Positions 32,971 to 43,597 are shown, counted from the stretch's first letter. The stretch: DNA of 64,000 nucleotides from Deferribacterales bacterium (GCA_050251875.1 JBFWMA010000001.1:115230-179229), one strand, 5' to 3'. A program made the numbers and translations. Notes: generated by a model not told the origin, from the letters alone.

Positions 32971-34518
32971 ATGGATATTCATAGCCAGAAGGTATTAATA
33001 CTGGATTTCGGGTCACAATACACACAGCTTATCGCCAGACGTATTCGTGAAGCCAACGTATATTGCGAGATTTTTCCCTGCAACGCTGACTTTCAGAAGA
33101 TCAGGGATTTCGGGGCGAAGGGGATAATCCTCTCCGGCGGTCCCGCTTCTGTTTACGATGAGGACGCCCCCACAGTATCAAAAGAGATATACGATCTGGG
33201 CGCTCCCGTTCTGGGCATCTGTTACGGTCACCAGCTCACCGGAGAATATTTCGGAGGCAAGGTAGCCGCCGCCACCCACAGAGAATACGGCAGGGCAGAG
33301 CTTTTCATCGGAAAAAAAGATCCCTTCTTTGACGGGATAGATACAGAATCATTCACAGTGTGGATGAGCCACGGCGACAGGCTGGAGAAGATGCCTGAAG
33401 GGTTTGACGTTATCGCTTATACGAAAAACGCGCCCGTAGCCGCCATGAAACACCACACCAGACCTATATACACCATTCAGTTTCACCCTGAGGTGGCGCA
33501 CACGGACAACGGAGCGACAATCCTTAAAAACTTCGTGGTTAACGTATGCGGATGTTCACAGGTATGGACTCCCGCAAACTTCGTTGAGGCGGAGATAGAG
33601 CGCATCAGAGAACTGGTGGGCGACAAACGTGTTCTGTGCGGACTGTCCGGCGGCGTGGATTCGTCAGTCGCCGCTGTGCTGATTCACAGAGCCATAGGCG
33701 ACAGGCTCACCTGCGTGTTCGTGGACAACGGACTTCTGCGCAAGGATGAGGGGAAACAGGTTGAGGATGCTTTCCGTGACCATTTCCACATGAATCTGGT
33801 GGCAGTGAACGCTGAAGACAGATTTCTCGCCGCTCTGAAAGGCGTGACCGATCCCGAAAAGAAAAGAAAAGCAATCGGCAACCTGTTTGTCAGAATATTT
33901 GAAGAGGAATCAGCAAAGCTGGGCGACTTCGACTTTCTGGCGCAGGGAACACTCTATCCGGATGTTATAGAATCAGTCTCTTTCAAAGGTCCCTCAGCCA
34001 CTATCAAGACCCACCACAATGTGGGCGGTCTGCCTGAGGACATGAAGTTCAAACTTCTGGAGCCCCTGCGTGAGCTGTTCAAGGACGAGGTTCGTCAGGT
34101 CGGCGCCGCGCTGGGTATCCCTGATAACTTTATCTGGAGACACCCGTTCCCCGGTCCCGGTCTGGGCGTCAGGGTTCTGGGCGAAGTGACAAAAGAGAGA
34201 TGCGACATACTGCGTGAGGCGGACGCCATCTATATGGAAGAACTGCACAAGGCAGACCTCTACCGCAAGATATGGCAGGCGTTCACCGTTCTGCTCCCCG
34301 TCAACACAGTTGGCGTTATGGGCGACAACAGAACATATGAAAACGCCGTGGCGGTCAGAGCCGTGGAATCCACAGACGGAATGACAGCCGACTGGGCGCA
34401 TATTCCCTATGAGGTTCTGGGACGCATATCCAACAGGATCATCAACGAGGTTAGGGGCATCAACAGGGTGGCGTATGACATCAGCTCCAAACCGCCGGCA
34501 ACTATAGAGTGGGAGTAA
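32971..34518 (+). CDS. guaA: GMP synthase (glutamine-hydrolysing)
   Basis: [33 protein letters not shown]; start MDIHSQ after GAGG. Confidence 0.98.
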   Translation: MDIHSQKVLILDFGSQYTQLIARRIREANVYCEIFPCNADFQKIRDFGAKGIILSGGPASVYDEDAPTVSKEIYDLGAPVLGICYGHQLTGEYFGGKVAAATHREYGRAELFIGKKDPFFDGIDTESFTVWMSHGDRLEKMPEGFDVIAYTKNAPVAAMKHHTRPIYTIQFHPEVAHTDNGATILKNFVVNVCGCSQVWTPANFVEAEIERIRELVGDKRVLCGLSGGVDSSVAAVLIHRAIGDRLTCVFVDNGLLRKDEGKQVEDAFRDHFHMNLVAVNAEDRFLAALKGVTDPEKKRKAIGNLFVRIFEEESAKLGDFDFLAQGTLYPDVIESVSFKGPSATIKTHHNVGGLPEDMKFKLLEPLRELFKDEVRQVGAALGIPDNFIWRHPFPGPGLGVRVLGEVTKERCDILREADAIYMEELHKADLYRKIWQAFTVLLPVNTVGVMGDNRTYENAVAVRAVESTDGMTADWAHIPYEVLGRISNRIINEVRGINRVAYDISSKPPATIEWE

Positions 34519-34524
34519 TCCGCT

Positions 34525-35751
34525 TTGGGATTTGAAAAATTCATAGCGAAACGCTACCTGAAATCCAGAAAATCCAACAGGATTCTTTCTTTCATATCAG
34601 GCGTATCCGTGCTGGGCATAGTGTTGGGCGTGGCGACTCTTATAGTCGTCATCAGCGTTATGAACGGTTTTTCGGACAACCTGAAGAAGCGTATTCTGGG
34701 CGCTAACGCTCACATAGTGGTGAACCGCATGGACGTGAGCCCCATCCATGAATGGCGTGAGGTTCAGAAAGAGATCGCCGGAGTTCAGGATGTTACCGGT
34801 GTTTCGCCGTTCATAATATCTCAGGTGCTGCTCACCAGCCGTGACAACGTGTCCGGCGTGGTTCTGCGTGGAGTAATCCCGCAGGACGAGATGAAGGTGA
34901 CAGCGGTGGAAAAGTTTATCACCGAAGGCAGTTTTGACGAGCTGGGTGACGGGTCGGAAACGCCGAAAATAGCTCTGGGAAAAGAGCTGGCGGCTAATCT
35001 GGGCGTCATGGAAGGCGACAAGGTAACCATGGTGTCGCCTCTGGGAAAAAAAGGTCCGTTCGGCATCACTCCTAAGATGAAATATTTCGAGGTGTGCGCC
35101 GTATTCGACACAGGCATGTACGAATACAACAACACGCTGGCGTATGTAGATATAAAGACCGCTCAGGATTTCTTCGGGCTTGGCGACATCGTTTCCGGTT
35201 TCAGCGTGGGAACTACCAATTTCGACAGGGCGGAATACATCGCCTCCAAGATTCAGGATGTTCTGAAATATCCCTACTGGTCCAGAGACTGGATCAGCAT
35301 GAACAAGAGCCTCTTTTCCGCGCTTAAGCTGGAAAAATACGCCATGTTCATCATCCTGACGCTTATAATAATAGTCGCTTCCTTCAATGTTATCAGTATG
35401 ATAACCGTGACTGTGAAGGACAAGAAACGTGATATCGCCATCCTCCGGGCCATGGGGGCTTCCGAGGGGTCGATATCCGGAATATTTAAAAAACAGGGAA
35501 TGATAATCGGCGTGACGGGAACTATCATAGGCAACGCTCTGGGGCTTGGCATATGTGTTGTTCTCACCAAGTTCAAGCTGATATCACTGCCCGCCGACAT
35601 ATATTTTATGGACAGACTGCCTGTGAAGATGGATGTATGGACTTTTGTTCTGGTGTCTGTCTGTTCACTGCTCATCACATACCTTGCAGGGCTCTTTCCC
35701 GCCAGACAATCGGCGAAGATGGATCCTGTGGAGGCTCTCAGAAGAGACTGA
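34525..35751 (+). CDS. lolE: Lipoprotein-releasing ABC transporter permease LolC/E
   Basis: IAKRYL, VISVMNGF, IAILRAMGA, DPVEALR. Confidence 0.88.
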   Translation: MGFEKFIAKRYLKSRKSNRILSFISGVSVLGIVLGVATLIVVISVMNGFSDNLKKRILGANAHIVVNRMDVSPIHEWREVQKEIAGVQDVTGVSPFIISQVLLTSRDNVSGVVLRGVIPQDEMKVTAVEKFITEGSFDELGDGSETPKIALGKELAANLGVMEGDKVTMVSPLGKKGPFGITPKMKYFEVCAVFDTGMYEYNNTLAYVDIKTAQDFFGLGDIVSGFSVGTTNFDRAEYIASKIQDVLKYPYWSRDWISMNKSLFSALKLEKYAMFIILTLIIIVASFNVISMITVTVKDKKRDIAILRAMGASEGSISGIFKKQGMIIGVTGTIIGNALGLGICVVLTKFKLISLPADIYFMDRLPVKMDVWTFVLVSVCSLLITYLAGLFPARQSAKMDPVEALRRD

Positions 35752-35767
35752 TGACGGGAGGAGACTG

Positions 35768-36028
35768 ATGAAGCTGTCGATATATGTTCAGCCGGGAGCG
35801 AAGAAAACCGAGCTTCAGGGACTGCATGACGGCAGACCGAAGGTAAGGATAAGCGCCCCCCCTGTGGACGGAGCCGCCAACGAAGAGCTGGTACGTTTCG
35901 TGTCAAAACTCCTGAAAATATCCAAATCATCCGTAAATCTGATATCGGGACATACATCACGTTTAAAGACTCTGGAAATAGATATGGACGAACAGACGGT
36001 TCTGAAAATATTCGGTTCGGGAGGCTAA
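35768..36028 (+). CDS. DUF167 (YggU-like) protein
   Basis: VQPGAK, APPVDGAAN, GHTSRLK; start after GGAGG. Confidence 0.9.
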   Translation: MKLSIYVQPGAKKTELQGLHDGRPKVRISAPPVDGAANEELVRFVSKLLKISKSSVNLISGHTSRLKTLEIDMDEQTVLKIFGSGG

Positions 36029-36029
36029 A

Positions 36030-36857
36030 ATGAAAAAAATAATAGTCGTATTTATAATGCTGACCGCTCTCTGCGTATATGCCTTCAGCATCACGCCCGC
36101 CGGCAAGGCTTTTGACAAGGGAGTGAAAGCTCTGAACGACAACCAGCTTCAGGCGGCGAAAACATATTTTAACGAGGCGATCAATCACGACCCGAAGTTC
36201 GCCAGGGCATACAGCTATCTGGCTCTGGTTCAGTCAAAGCTGGGCGAGACGGATGACGCCATTCTGAATTATAAAATAGCTTACAAATTCGATAAAAAGG
36301 ACGGGGCGACCTTGACTAACCTGTGCAGTCTTCTGGTGGAGAAGGGACAGAAAAAGAACGCCTATGAGGTCTGTACAAAAGCCATAGAGGTGAATCCGAA
36401 AAGCTATAAGGCGTATAACAACAGATGCCAGCTCTTTGTGGAGGCGGGGAGATACGACAGCGCCATAGCAGATTGCAGTCAGGCGATCATCATAGACGGT
36501 CAGTATGTGACGGCGTATATCAACCGCGCCATAGCATACGAACACCTGAACCAGTACGAAAGGGCGGTGGAGGACTATTCCAGCGCCATCAAAATAAATC
36601 CGGCGAGCGCTCTGGCTTATAACAACAGATGCGTTGCCAACAGAGTGCTGAAAAAATATCCGCTGGCGGAAGCCGACTGTTCCAAAGCCATCGCTCTGGA
36701 CAAGATGTTTGAGCAGGCATATCTGAACAGAGCGGCAGTGTATGAGGAACAGGGGCAGATGAAAGACGCCGCCGTGGATTACGCCTCATATCTGAAGCTG
36801 AGACCGGATGATGTATCTGTCAGAGAGAAGCTGAAGAGGCTGTTGGAGCAGAAATGA
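36030..36857 (+). CDS. Exported TPR protein
   Basis: Signal peptide; repeated AYNNR / AYINR TPR units. Confidence 0.85.
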   Translation: MKKIIVVFIMLTALCVYAFSITPAGKAFDKGVKALNDNQLQAAKTYFNEAINHDPKFARAYSYLALVQSKLGETDDAILNYKIAYKFDKKDGATLTNLCSLLVEKGQKKNAYEVCTKAIEVNPKSYKAYNNRCQLFVEAGRYDSAIADCSQAIIIDGQYVTAYINRAIAYEHLNQYERAVEDYSSAIKINPASALAYNNRCVANRVLKKYPLAEADCSKAIALDKMFEQAYLNRAAVYEEQGQMKDAAVDYASYLKLRPDDVSVREKLKRLLEQK

Positions 36858-37471
36858 TAAAAGCGGTTCTTCTGGATTTTGACAACACGATGGTGGGAAC
36901 GGAGACGGGCAATTTCACCGTTTTCAAAGAGATGATGCACGACAGATTCGGGCACGGTCTGAAACCGGAAGACTATGACCATGTCAGCGGCAATACATGG
37001 AAATATATATTCAACTACCTGTCATACAGATACGGCAACGGAGCCACAGCTCAGGAGATTCGGGACGATTTCATAGAGCGTAAAAAGCGCTACTTCGAAA
37101 AGAATCCGCCGGATATAGCGAAAGGGCTGAACGATATTCTGAATATGCCGGTGAAGAGAGCCATCGTCACCGGGAGCTGTCTTCAGGAAGTGATGCTGTT
37201 CGAGCATATGATAGACCTGTCCAAGTTCGATGCCATAGTGACGGACGAGCTGACAGAGACGAGCAAGCCGGAACCGGGACCCTATCTGAAGGCACTGGAA
37301 CTGCTGGATGTTCCGCCGGAAGAGGCGATAGCTCTGGAGGATTCCAGAATCGGTCTGAAATCGGCCAGATCAGCCGGGGTGCGTGCCGTCTTCTGCCGCC
37401 AGTTCGCGGATGAAGACCACAGAGACCTTGCGGATCTGACCGTTGATAATATGTCTTTAATCAGCCTGTAG
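36854..37471 (+). CDS. HAD-family phosphatase (beta-PGM/CbbY-like)
   Basis: DFDNT, KPEP, EDS..G motifs. Confidence 0.88.
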   Translation: MIKAVLLDFDNTMVGTETGNFTVFKEMMHDRFGHGLKPEDYDHVSGNTWKYIFNYLSYRYGNGATAQEIRDDFIERKKRYFEKNPPDIAKGLNDILNMPVKRAIVTGSCLQEVMLFEHMIDLSKFDAIVTDELTETSKPEPGPYLKALELLDVPPEEAIALEDSRIGLKSARSAGVRAVFCRQFADEDHRDLADLTVDNMSLISL

Positions 37472-37472
37472 A

Positions 37473-38090
37473 CTATTCTGCGCAGGCTTTTCCTGTTTCC
37501 GGATAGCTGTCCATGACGGGTTTCACCGCTTTTGCCAGCCAGTCGATAACTTCCGCCAGATGCGCCATGTTGGCGATTCCCTCGGCGTCCTCGCTCACCT
37601 CTCCTTTGCCCCTGCCGAAAGCGAAGTTCCAGTAGGTAGATCCCGGCACAAGCATGCGTGACAGATGAAATGTGTGGTTGATGGTGTCGAACGCATGTAT
37701 GGCGCCGCCTCTGCGCACGGCTACCACGGCTGTTCCCACTTTGCCTTTCAGAACGTTTCCGTTCGCCATGGATACATAGCCCATTCTGTCCAGCAGACCT
37801 TTTGTCTCTGCCGTTACATCGGCGAAATATGTCGGCGAGCCGATGAGAACAGCGTCAGCCTTTGCCATTTTTTCAAATATGTCATTAAAGCCGTCAGCGC
37901 CCAGAGCGCACTGCATGTTTTTAGTCTTAAAGCAGCTCCCGCATGCCATACATCCTCTGAAAGCCTTGCCGCCTATGCGGATGTATTCTGTCTCCCACCC
38001 GTTGTTTTCCAGCCCTTTTGTGACGGTCTTCAGCAGAGTTTCTGTGTTGCCGCCGTTTCTGGGGCTTCCGTTGATAGCGATAGCGTACAT
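37473..38090 (-). CDS. Iron-sulfur flavoprotein (Isf) / flavodoxin-like family
   Basis: GSPR..GNT, CMACGSC...C, GSPTY. Confidence 0.88.
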   Translation of the reverse strand: MYAIAINGSPRNGGNTETLLKTVTKGLENNGWETEYIRIGGKAFRGCMACGSCFKTKNMQCALGADGFNDIFEKMAKADAVLIGSPTYFADVTAETKGLLDRMGYVSMANGNVLKGKVGTAVVAVRRGGAIHAFDTINHTFHLSRMLVPGSTYWNFAFGRGKGEVSEDAEGIANMAHLAEVIDWLAKAVKPVMDSYPETGKACAE

Positions 38091-38200
38091 TAGCGCCTCC
38101 TCGTTTTGCACTTGCTAATTAAAAATAAACTACTACTATATTAAAAGCAAGTACGGTAAAAAAGTGCATGTACTTACAAAAAGTATAGTATAGGTATGAT

Positions 38201-38608
38201 ATGGGAAGCTGTAAGACAAAAGAGATAAACGGAAACAGATATAAGTGCTATTTCGAGCTGGCTATGTGCGTGCTTTCGGGCAAGTGGAAGGCGATTATCG
38301 TGTATCATCTGGCAGAGACAGGCGTTATGAGGTTCAGCGAGCTGAAGAGGTCTATGCCCGAGATAACCGAGCGCATGCTTTCCAAACAGCTGAAAGAGCT
38401 GGAGACCGACAGGCTGATCAACAGGCGCATATACAACCAGGTTCCGCCAAAAGTGGAATACAGCCTGACGGAGATCGGAGACAAACTGATACCCATTCTG
38501 AACCGTATGCGTGACTGGGGCGTGGAATATGAAGAATATATGGGGGCTGACGTGAGATATGCCTCTGAGGGATATGAACAGCCTCCGGAAAAGACTCCGG
38601 CGGTATAG
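38201..38608 (+). CDS. HxlR-family regulator
   Basis: GKWK, RFSEL, VPPKVEYSLT; divergent from the Isf gene. Confidence 0.92.
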   Translation: MGSCKTKEINGNRYKCYFELAMCVLSGKWKAIIVYHLAETGVMRFSELKRSMPEITERMLSKQLKELETDRLINRRIYNQVPPKVEYSLTEIGDKLIPILNRMRDWGVEYEEYMGADVRYASEGYEQPPEKTPAV

Positions 38609-38631
38609 AACCGCCGGACAAAACAGGTGTA

Positions 38632-39135
38632 TTAAGCTACGGTTATGGGGGATGAAGATTCCCACAGACCGTGGATGTTGCAGTAGCTCACTGCCAGAAT
38701 AGTTCCGCTTTTCGCCAGTCTCAGCTTTACTGTTCCGCAGGGGTCGGAATAGCTGCCGCCTTTGTTTGCTCCCAGAACGGATTCACCGTGCGCTGTGAAC
38801 TCGAATTTTCCAAGCTCTGTCACCGCTCCGCCCTCGTCCGCTTTAAAATAAACGGCTATCCAGTTGATGAAGTGTTCTGTGGTGTTGGGATGGGGAATGT
38901 CTTTGCCGACAGAAACTGTCAGCATAAAGGGTTCGCCCGCTTTCACACTCGCCGGAGCTTCGATAACAGGGACATGTTTTTCTGTCTTGAAATCAGCTGT
39001 CTTAACAGTCTGTCCGAGTGTCATTTTTGTTCCTGCCGCATGTGCCGCCGTTGTTGTCACCGCGCCCATAGCGAGTCCTGCGCCCACTACTGACGCCTTT
39101 GCCAGAAGATCTCTGCGTGAAATTTTGCTGTCCAT
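38632..39135 (-). CDS. Superoxide reductase (neelaredoxin-type) with Tat signal
   Basis: SRRDLL twin-Arg signal with AHA cleavage site; EKHVP, HPNTTEH, CNIHG iron ligands. Confidence 0.88.
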   Translation of the reverse strand: MDSKISRRDLLAKASVVGAGLAMGAVTTTAAHAAGTKMTLGQTVKTADFKTEKHVPVIEAPASVKAGEPFMLTVSVGKDIPHPNTTEHFINWIAVYFKADEGGAVTELGKFEFTAHGESVLGANKGGSYSDPCGTVKLRLAKSGTILAVSYCNIHGLWESSSPITVA

Positions 39136-39238
39136 GGATTTACCTCCGAATAAAGCGTTATGTAAAAAAATATATAACGCTTTATAAGGTGAACGTCAAT
39201 AAAAATTCTTAATTAGTCTTAATTATAATCTGGTTGTT

Positions 39239-40420
39239 TTAAAGTGCTCTGTCCGCCTCAGATCTGCTTCTGACGGCGCAGTCCTCAATGGCGAGCCCGC
39301 CGAAATAGTTTCCTGTGATGTATATGCCTTTGGCGTCTTTCAGCTTTTTGTCTATCAGTTTCACTATGTCATCGTGACCTCTGCCCAGAGTGGGGCTCAG
39401 GTGCGTCACTGTCTCTGTCTTCACAAAGGCGTGTTTGGAAACTCCCAGAATATTCTCCGCCGCTTCCAGTTTCTGCTCATATGTCAGCCTGTCCGGCTTG
39501 AAGTGGATGGCGAATCCTCTGTATTTTTCGTCACGCACCACGTCTCTGGATACCACGGATGTGAAGGCGGCGTCCTGCGCCACGATAAAACTGAGCGTGT
39601 CCAGCTTTATGTCCTCTTTGTTTATGATGATGCCCATGGTCTCTACTTTTGCAGAGGGAATCTGGCGGAGTAGGGCGGATAATTCCTCTGAGGTTTCAGA
39701 AAGCAGCTTTCCGGCGATGGAAGGTGCGCATGCCAGTGTCACGTTTTCGGCGGAGAAAACCTCTCCGTTTTCAGATGTTACCGTATATATTCCGTTTTCC
39801 ACGGAGATATGCTTTGCTCCGCATGATGTTTTTACTGTGATATTTTCGTTGTCGGCGGCTTTCCGGATGAAATAGTTCATCCCGCCGAATATTGTAAAAC
39901 TTCTGGGCATGGATTTGTCTTTCGGGCGTTTTTTCAGCATCATATCAGCGGGAAAATCGGAGCCCTCCTGAGATATAACAGCCTGAATCATGGGGCGGAA
40001 CATGGTTTCATAGTTCCCTTTGCCCAGAAAAGATGAATAATACTCACGGACGGTTTTTCCCTCTTTTTTGGTGAAAAAAAGTTTAACACCGTTCATCATC
40101 AGCTCTGTTTTGTTCAGAACTTTTGTGATGGGGAGCAGTCCTCTGTCGGTCAGCATCTTGAACGGCTGTTTTACTCTGGGCAGAAAACGGCTGACGATGT
40201 TCACCCTCTTCATGTTGTTTATGTATGAGGCGTATGAGCTGTAGATGGTGTGTCCGCCCATCTCCAGCCAGAAATCATCGTGATGCATAGTGCTGAGACT
40301 GCCTCCTGTACGGTCGGAAGCCTCCATTACCAGCACTTTCTTTCCTTTTTCGGCTATGTTCTGAGCGAATGTCATCCCGCTGACGCCGCTTCCGATAACG
40401 ATGAAATCATATTGAGCCAT
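39239..40420 (-). CDS. FAD-dependent oxidoreductase, protoporphyrinogen/coproporphyrinogen oxidase-like
   Basis: IGSGVSG, EAS.RTGG, LEMG, C-terminal GNYFGGLAIEDC. Confidence 0.7.
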   Translation of the reverse strand: MAQYDFIVIGSGVSGMTFAQNIAEKGKKVLVMEASDRTGGSLSTMHHDDFWLEMGGHTIYSSYASYINNMKRVNIVSRFLPRVKQPFKMLTDRGLLPITKVLNKTELMMNGVKLFFTKKEGKTVREYYSSFLGKGNYETMFRPMIQAVISQEGSDFPADMMLKKRPKDKSMPRSFTIFGGMNYFIRKAADNENITVKTSCGAKHISVENGIYTVTSENGEVFSAENVTLACAPSIAGKLLSETSEELSALLRQIPSAKVETMGIIINKEDIKLDTLSFIVAQDAAFTSVVSRDVVRDEKYRGFAIHFKPDRLTYEQKLEAAENILGVSKHAFVKTETVTHLSPTLGRGHDDIVKLIDKKLKDAKGIYITGNYFGGLAIEDCAVRSRSEADRAL

Positions 40421-40588
40421 TTTCATCCCCTCTGTTTTAATAATGTCATTATAACCCTCAAGTCAATTTCAGGCAACCTTCAGCGGGAGTCAACAGTATT
40501 TACATCTTTTACATGTGCCTTACAACCTTAATGCCCGTTTTACAAAAATAGGGGTATGCTTAATTATAGGAATAAAGCGGAGGCAGTT

Positions 40589-40669
40589 ATGACAAGGGTT
40601 CCGTGGCTGGTGCCGGTATACGCTTCGATATTCGTTTTTATATGTTTCGCCGCTATGCGTGCGATATGA
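40589..40669 (+). CDS. Putative 26-aa hydrophobic small protein MTRVPWLVPVYASIFVFICFAAMRAI
   Basis: GGAGG 5 nt before the ATG; one TM-like stretch; not in the ORF track. Confidence 0.45.
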   Translation: MTRVPWLVPVYASIFVFICFAAMRAI

Positions 40670-40794
40670 AATGGCAATGACAACCTGCAGCAATAGATCC
40701 AACCTCTTTCGAGCCGCGCAAGAATGCGCGGCTCGAAACCGTTTAGAGGATGGAAAAGAGACAAATTCAATGTTTTTTATATACGGAGGTATGT

Positions 40795-41169
40795 ATGGCT
40801 AAAAAGGTTATAGTTTTTGTTATCATGATGACACTCCTTGCTTTTGCGGGCGCTTATGCGAAGGGCAAGTCAGTTCATCCTGAGAAAATGGGCTCTATGG
40901 ATTGTATGGAATGTCACGCTGATGTGACACCGGAGATAGCACAGCAGTGGGAGCACAGCGCTCACGGCTTTGTCGGTGTGAAATGTCAGGTATGTCACGG
41001 TGACGAGAAAAACTTTGTAAAAACACCCACAAACGACACATGTCAGGGCTGTCACGCTCTTCAGGTGGATAACAATACATCGCCGGCAACATCCTGCGCA
41101 ACCTGCCACAAGGCGCACAACTTCACCATACACAAAGCGCACGACTACAACCCCACAGATGTCAAGTAA
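40795..41169 (+). CDS. napM: Periplasmic tetraheme cytochrome c, NapM-like
   Basis: Signal peptide; CMECH, CQVCH, CQGCH, CATCH; directly before napA. Confidence 0.8.
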   Translation: MAKKVIVFVIMMTLLAFAGAYAKGKSVHPEKMGSMDCMECHADVTPEIAQQWEHSAHGFVGVKCQVCHGDEKNFVKTPTNDTCQGCHALQVDNNTSPATSCATCHKAHNFTIHKAHDYNPTDVK

Positions 41170-41185
41170 GGTCAGGAGATAGAAT

Positions 41186-43576
41186 ATGATGAACATAACC
41201 AGAAGAAATTTCATAAAAGCCTCAGTAGCCACAGCGGCGGCGGCTTCCATCGGTCTGTCCGTGACACCGGAGGCGGAAGCTGTCCAGGCAGTGGATAAAT
41301 GGGTCAAGGGCGCCTGCCGTTTCTGCGGAACGGGCTGCGGCGTGTACATCGGCGTTAAAAAAGGCAAGGTTGTCGCCATTAAGGGTAACCCGGACGCTCA
41401 GACTAACTTCGGTTTCCTCTGCGTAAAAGGTTTCCTCGCTTATAAATGTATGTACCACCCCGACAGGCTGAAAGCCCCCATGATCCGCCAGAAAGACGGC
41501 AAGTTCAAAGCCGTGAGCTGGGATCAGGCTCTCAACTATGTAGCGGATAAATTTAAATATCTTCATGAGAAATACGGCAAAGACTCCGTGGCGTATTACG
41601 GCTCCGGCCAGTGTATGACAGAGGAGAGCTACACATTCAACAAACTTTTCAAAGGCGGCTTCGGGTCAAACATGGTGGAGGGAAACCCCCGTCTGTGCAT
41701 GGCTTCAGCCGTGGGCGGATATATGTCCACATTCGGTTCTGACGAGCCGGTGGGATCATATGCCGACATAGAGAAGTCAAAATGCCTGTTCCTCGTGGGA
41801 TCAAACACCAGCGAGTGCCACCCCATCATCTTCCGCAGGATCATGCGCCACAAGATGCAGAATCCGGATGTGAAGATAATCGTCTGTGAGCCCAGAAAGA
41901 CATCCACCACAAAGATAGCCGACCTGTGGCTGCCTGTGGATCCGGGAACAGACCTGGCGGTATTCCACGCCATGGCGAAATACATTCTGGACAACAACCT
42001 GTATGACGAAAAATTCATTCTGGAAAACACCAGAATAACCAACGGCAAAGATGTCACAGACATTGCCGGATACAAAGAATTCCTGAAAGATTTTACGCCT
42101 GAAAAAGTGGAAAAACTGACACGCTGTCCCGCTGAGAATATCAAGAAGGCCGCTGAGTGGTTCGCCAAAAGCGATGCCACCATGTCTATGTGGACAATGG
42201 GTCTGAACCAGAGAACGAGAGGCGTGTGGGCTAACAACCTGATACACAACCTCCATCTGATAACTGGTCAGCTCTTTAAACCCGGCGCCGACTCGTTCTC
42301 TCTGACAGGTCAGCCTAATGCCTGCGGCGGCGTGCGTGAGACAGGATCACTGTGTCACCTGCTCCCCGGAACAAAACCGGTGAACAATGACGCGTGGCGG
42401 GCTCATATAGAGAAGGAATGGGGCATCCCCGCCGGAACTATTGACCCGAAACCCGGTTTTCACACCATGCTGATGTTCGATAAGTTCGGAGCGGAGAATG
42501 ACGCATCCAAACCTATCAAGGCGGTTATAACATCAACCACCAACCCCGCCCAGTCTCTGCCCAACCTGAACAAATATATCAAGGGCATGCAGGACGGATT
42601 TCTGGTTGCCATAGATATTTTCCCCACCAGAACCACACAGCTCGCTGATGTTGTTCTGCCCGCCGCTTTCATCTATGAGAAGGGCGGAGTATACGGATGT
42701 TCAGAGCGCAGAAGCCAGCTCACAGAAAAATGTGTTGAGCCTGTGGGTCAGGCGAAAGCGGATATATGGATCGCCGCTCAGATAGCCAAACGCATGGGTC
42801 TGGAAAAACTCATTCCCTGGAACACTGACGACACCATGAAAAATAACGAAATGGCGTGGACTGAATATATCCGTGTGACAAAAGACACAGACCACACACT
42901 TTTCGGCGCTCCCTATTCCAGAATGAAAAAAGAGAAAGCCGGAATCCAGTGGCCCTGTCCCTCCACAGACCACCCCGGCACATATAAGAGATATGTGAAG
43001 GGAATGGATCCCATGTTCGAGCATGAGGCGTTCAAAGCCAAGTTCAAGATAGACGTGCCCGCCGACAGGAAGTATTACTTCTATATGGACGGCAAAAAAG
43101 AGGGCAAGGCGAATATCTTCCTGCGTCCCTATGCCGGAGCGGCTGAGACTCCTGACGCGGATTATCCGTTCTATCTGACAACAGGAAGGGTCATAGAGCA
43201 GTGGCACACAGGAACAATGACAATGCGTATCCCCGAGATCGCCAGAGCGCACCCCAACGGATATCTGGAGATTCACCCTGATGACGCCAAAAAATACGGC
43301 ATCATGGCAGGCGATATGGTGGAAGTGGTAAGCAAACGTGGAAAATCTGTCCTGCCGGCGCACATAGTGAACGGCACTCTTCCCGGAGTTCTGTTCGTTC
43401 CGTGGCACGACCAGGCTATGGACAGGATGATAAACTTCGTGTGCAACGATGCTGTGGATGAAGGTTCTAAAGAGCCGGAATTCAAGATCGCCGCTGTGAA
43501 GATCAAAAAGGTTTCAGGTCCTAAAAATGTGGCCGAAAAGTATATAATCAGTGACATAAACTCTAAATTTTCCTAA
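41186..43576 (+). CDS. napA: Periplasmic nitrate reductase catalytic subunit
   Basis: Tat RRNFIK, CRFCGTGC, RLCMASA, SLTGQPNACG, WHTGTMT. Confidence 0.96.
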   Translation: MMNITRRNFIKASVATAAAASIGLSVTPEAEAVQAVDKWVKGACRFCGTGCGVYIGVKKGKVVAIKGNPDAQTNFGFLCVKGFLAYKCMYHPDRLKAPMIRQKDGKFKAVSWDQALNYVADKFKYLHEKYGKDSVAYYGSGQCMTEESYTFNKLFKGGFGSNMVEGNPRLCMASAVGGYMSTFGSDEPVGSYADIEKSKCLFLVGSNTSECHPIIFRRIMRHKMQNPDVKIIVCEPRKTSTTKIADLWLPVDPGTDLAVFHAMAKYILDNNLYDEKFILENTRITNGKDVTDIAGYKEFLKDFTPEKVEKLTRCPAENIKKAAEWFAKSDATMSMWTMGLNQRTRGVWANNLIHNLHLITGQLFKPGADSFSLTGQPNACGGVRETGSLCHLLPGTKPVNNDAWRAHIEKEWGIPAGTIDPKPGFHTMLMFDKFGAENDASKPIKAVITSTTNPAQSLPNLNKYIKGMQDGFLVAIDIFPTRTTQLADVVLPAAFIYEKGGVYGCSERRSQLTEKCVEPVGQAKADIWIAAQIAKRMGLEKLIPWNTDDTMKNNEMAWTEYIRVTKDTDHTLFGAPYSRMKKEKAGIQWPCPSTDHPGTYKRYVKGMDPMFEHEAFKAKFKIDVPADRKYYFYMDGKKEGKANIFLRPYAGAAETPDADYPFYLTTGRVIEQWHTGTMTMRIPEIARAHPNGYLEIHPDDAKKYGIMAGDMVEVVSKRGKSVLPAHIVNGTLPGVLFVPWHDQAMDRMINFVCNDAVDEGSKEPEFKIAAVKIKKVSGPKNVAEKYIISDINSKFS

Positions 43577-43597
43577 GAGAGCATAAGTTACTTCTTT

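Noticed and set aside
40430..40795. Moco riboswitch upstream of nap
   Set aside because: No recognisable consensus by eye here, and the spacer before moaC is too short; Infernal would be decisive
40671..40802. 43-aa ORF MAMTTCSNR... before napM
   Set aside because: No RBS, runs through the hairpin and overlaps napM out of frame
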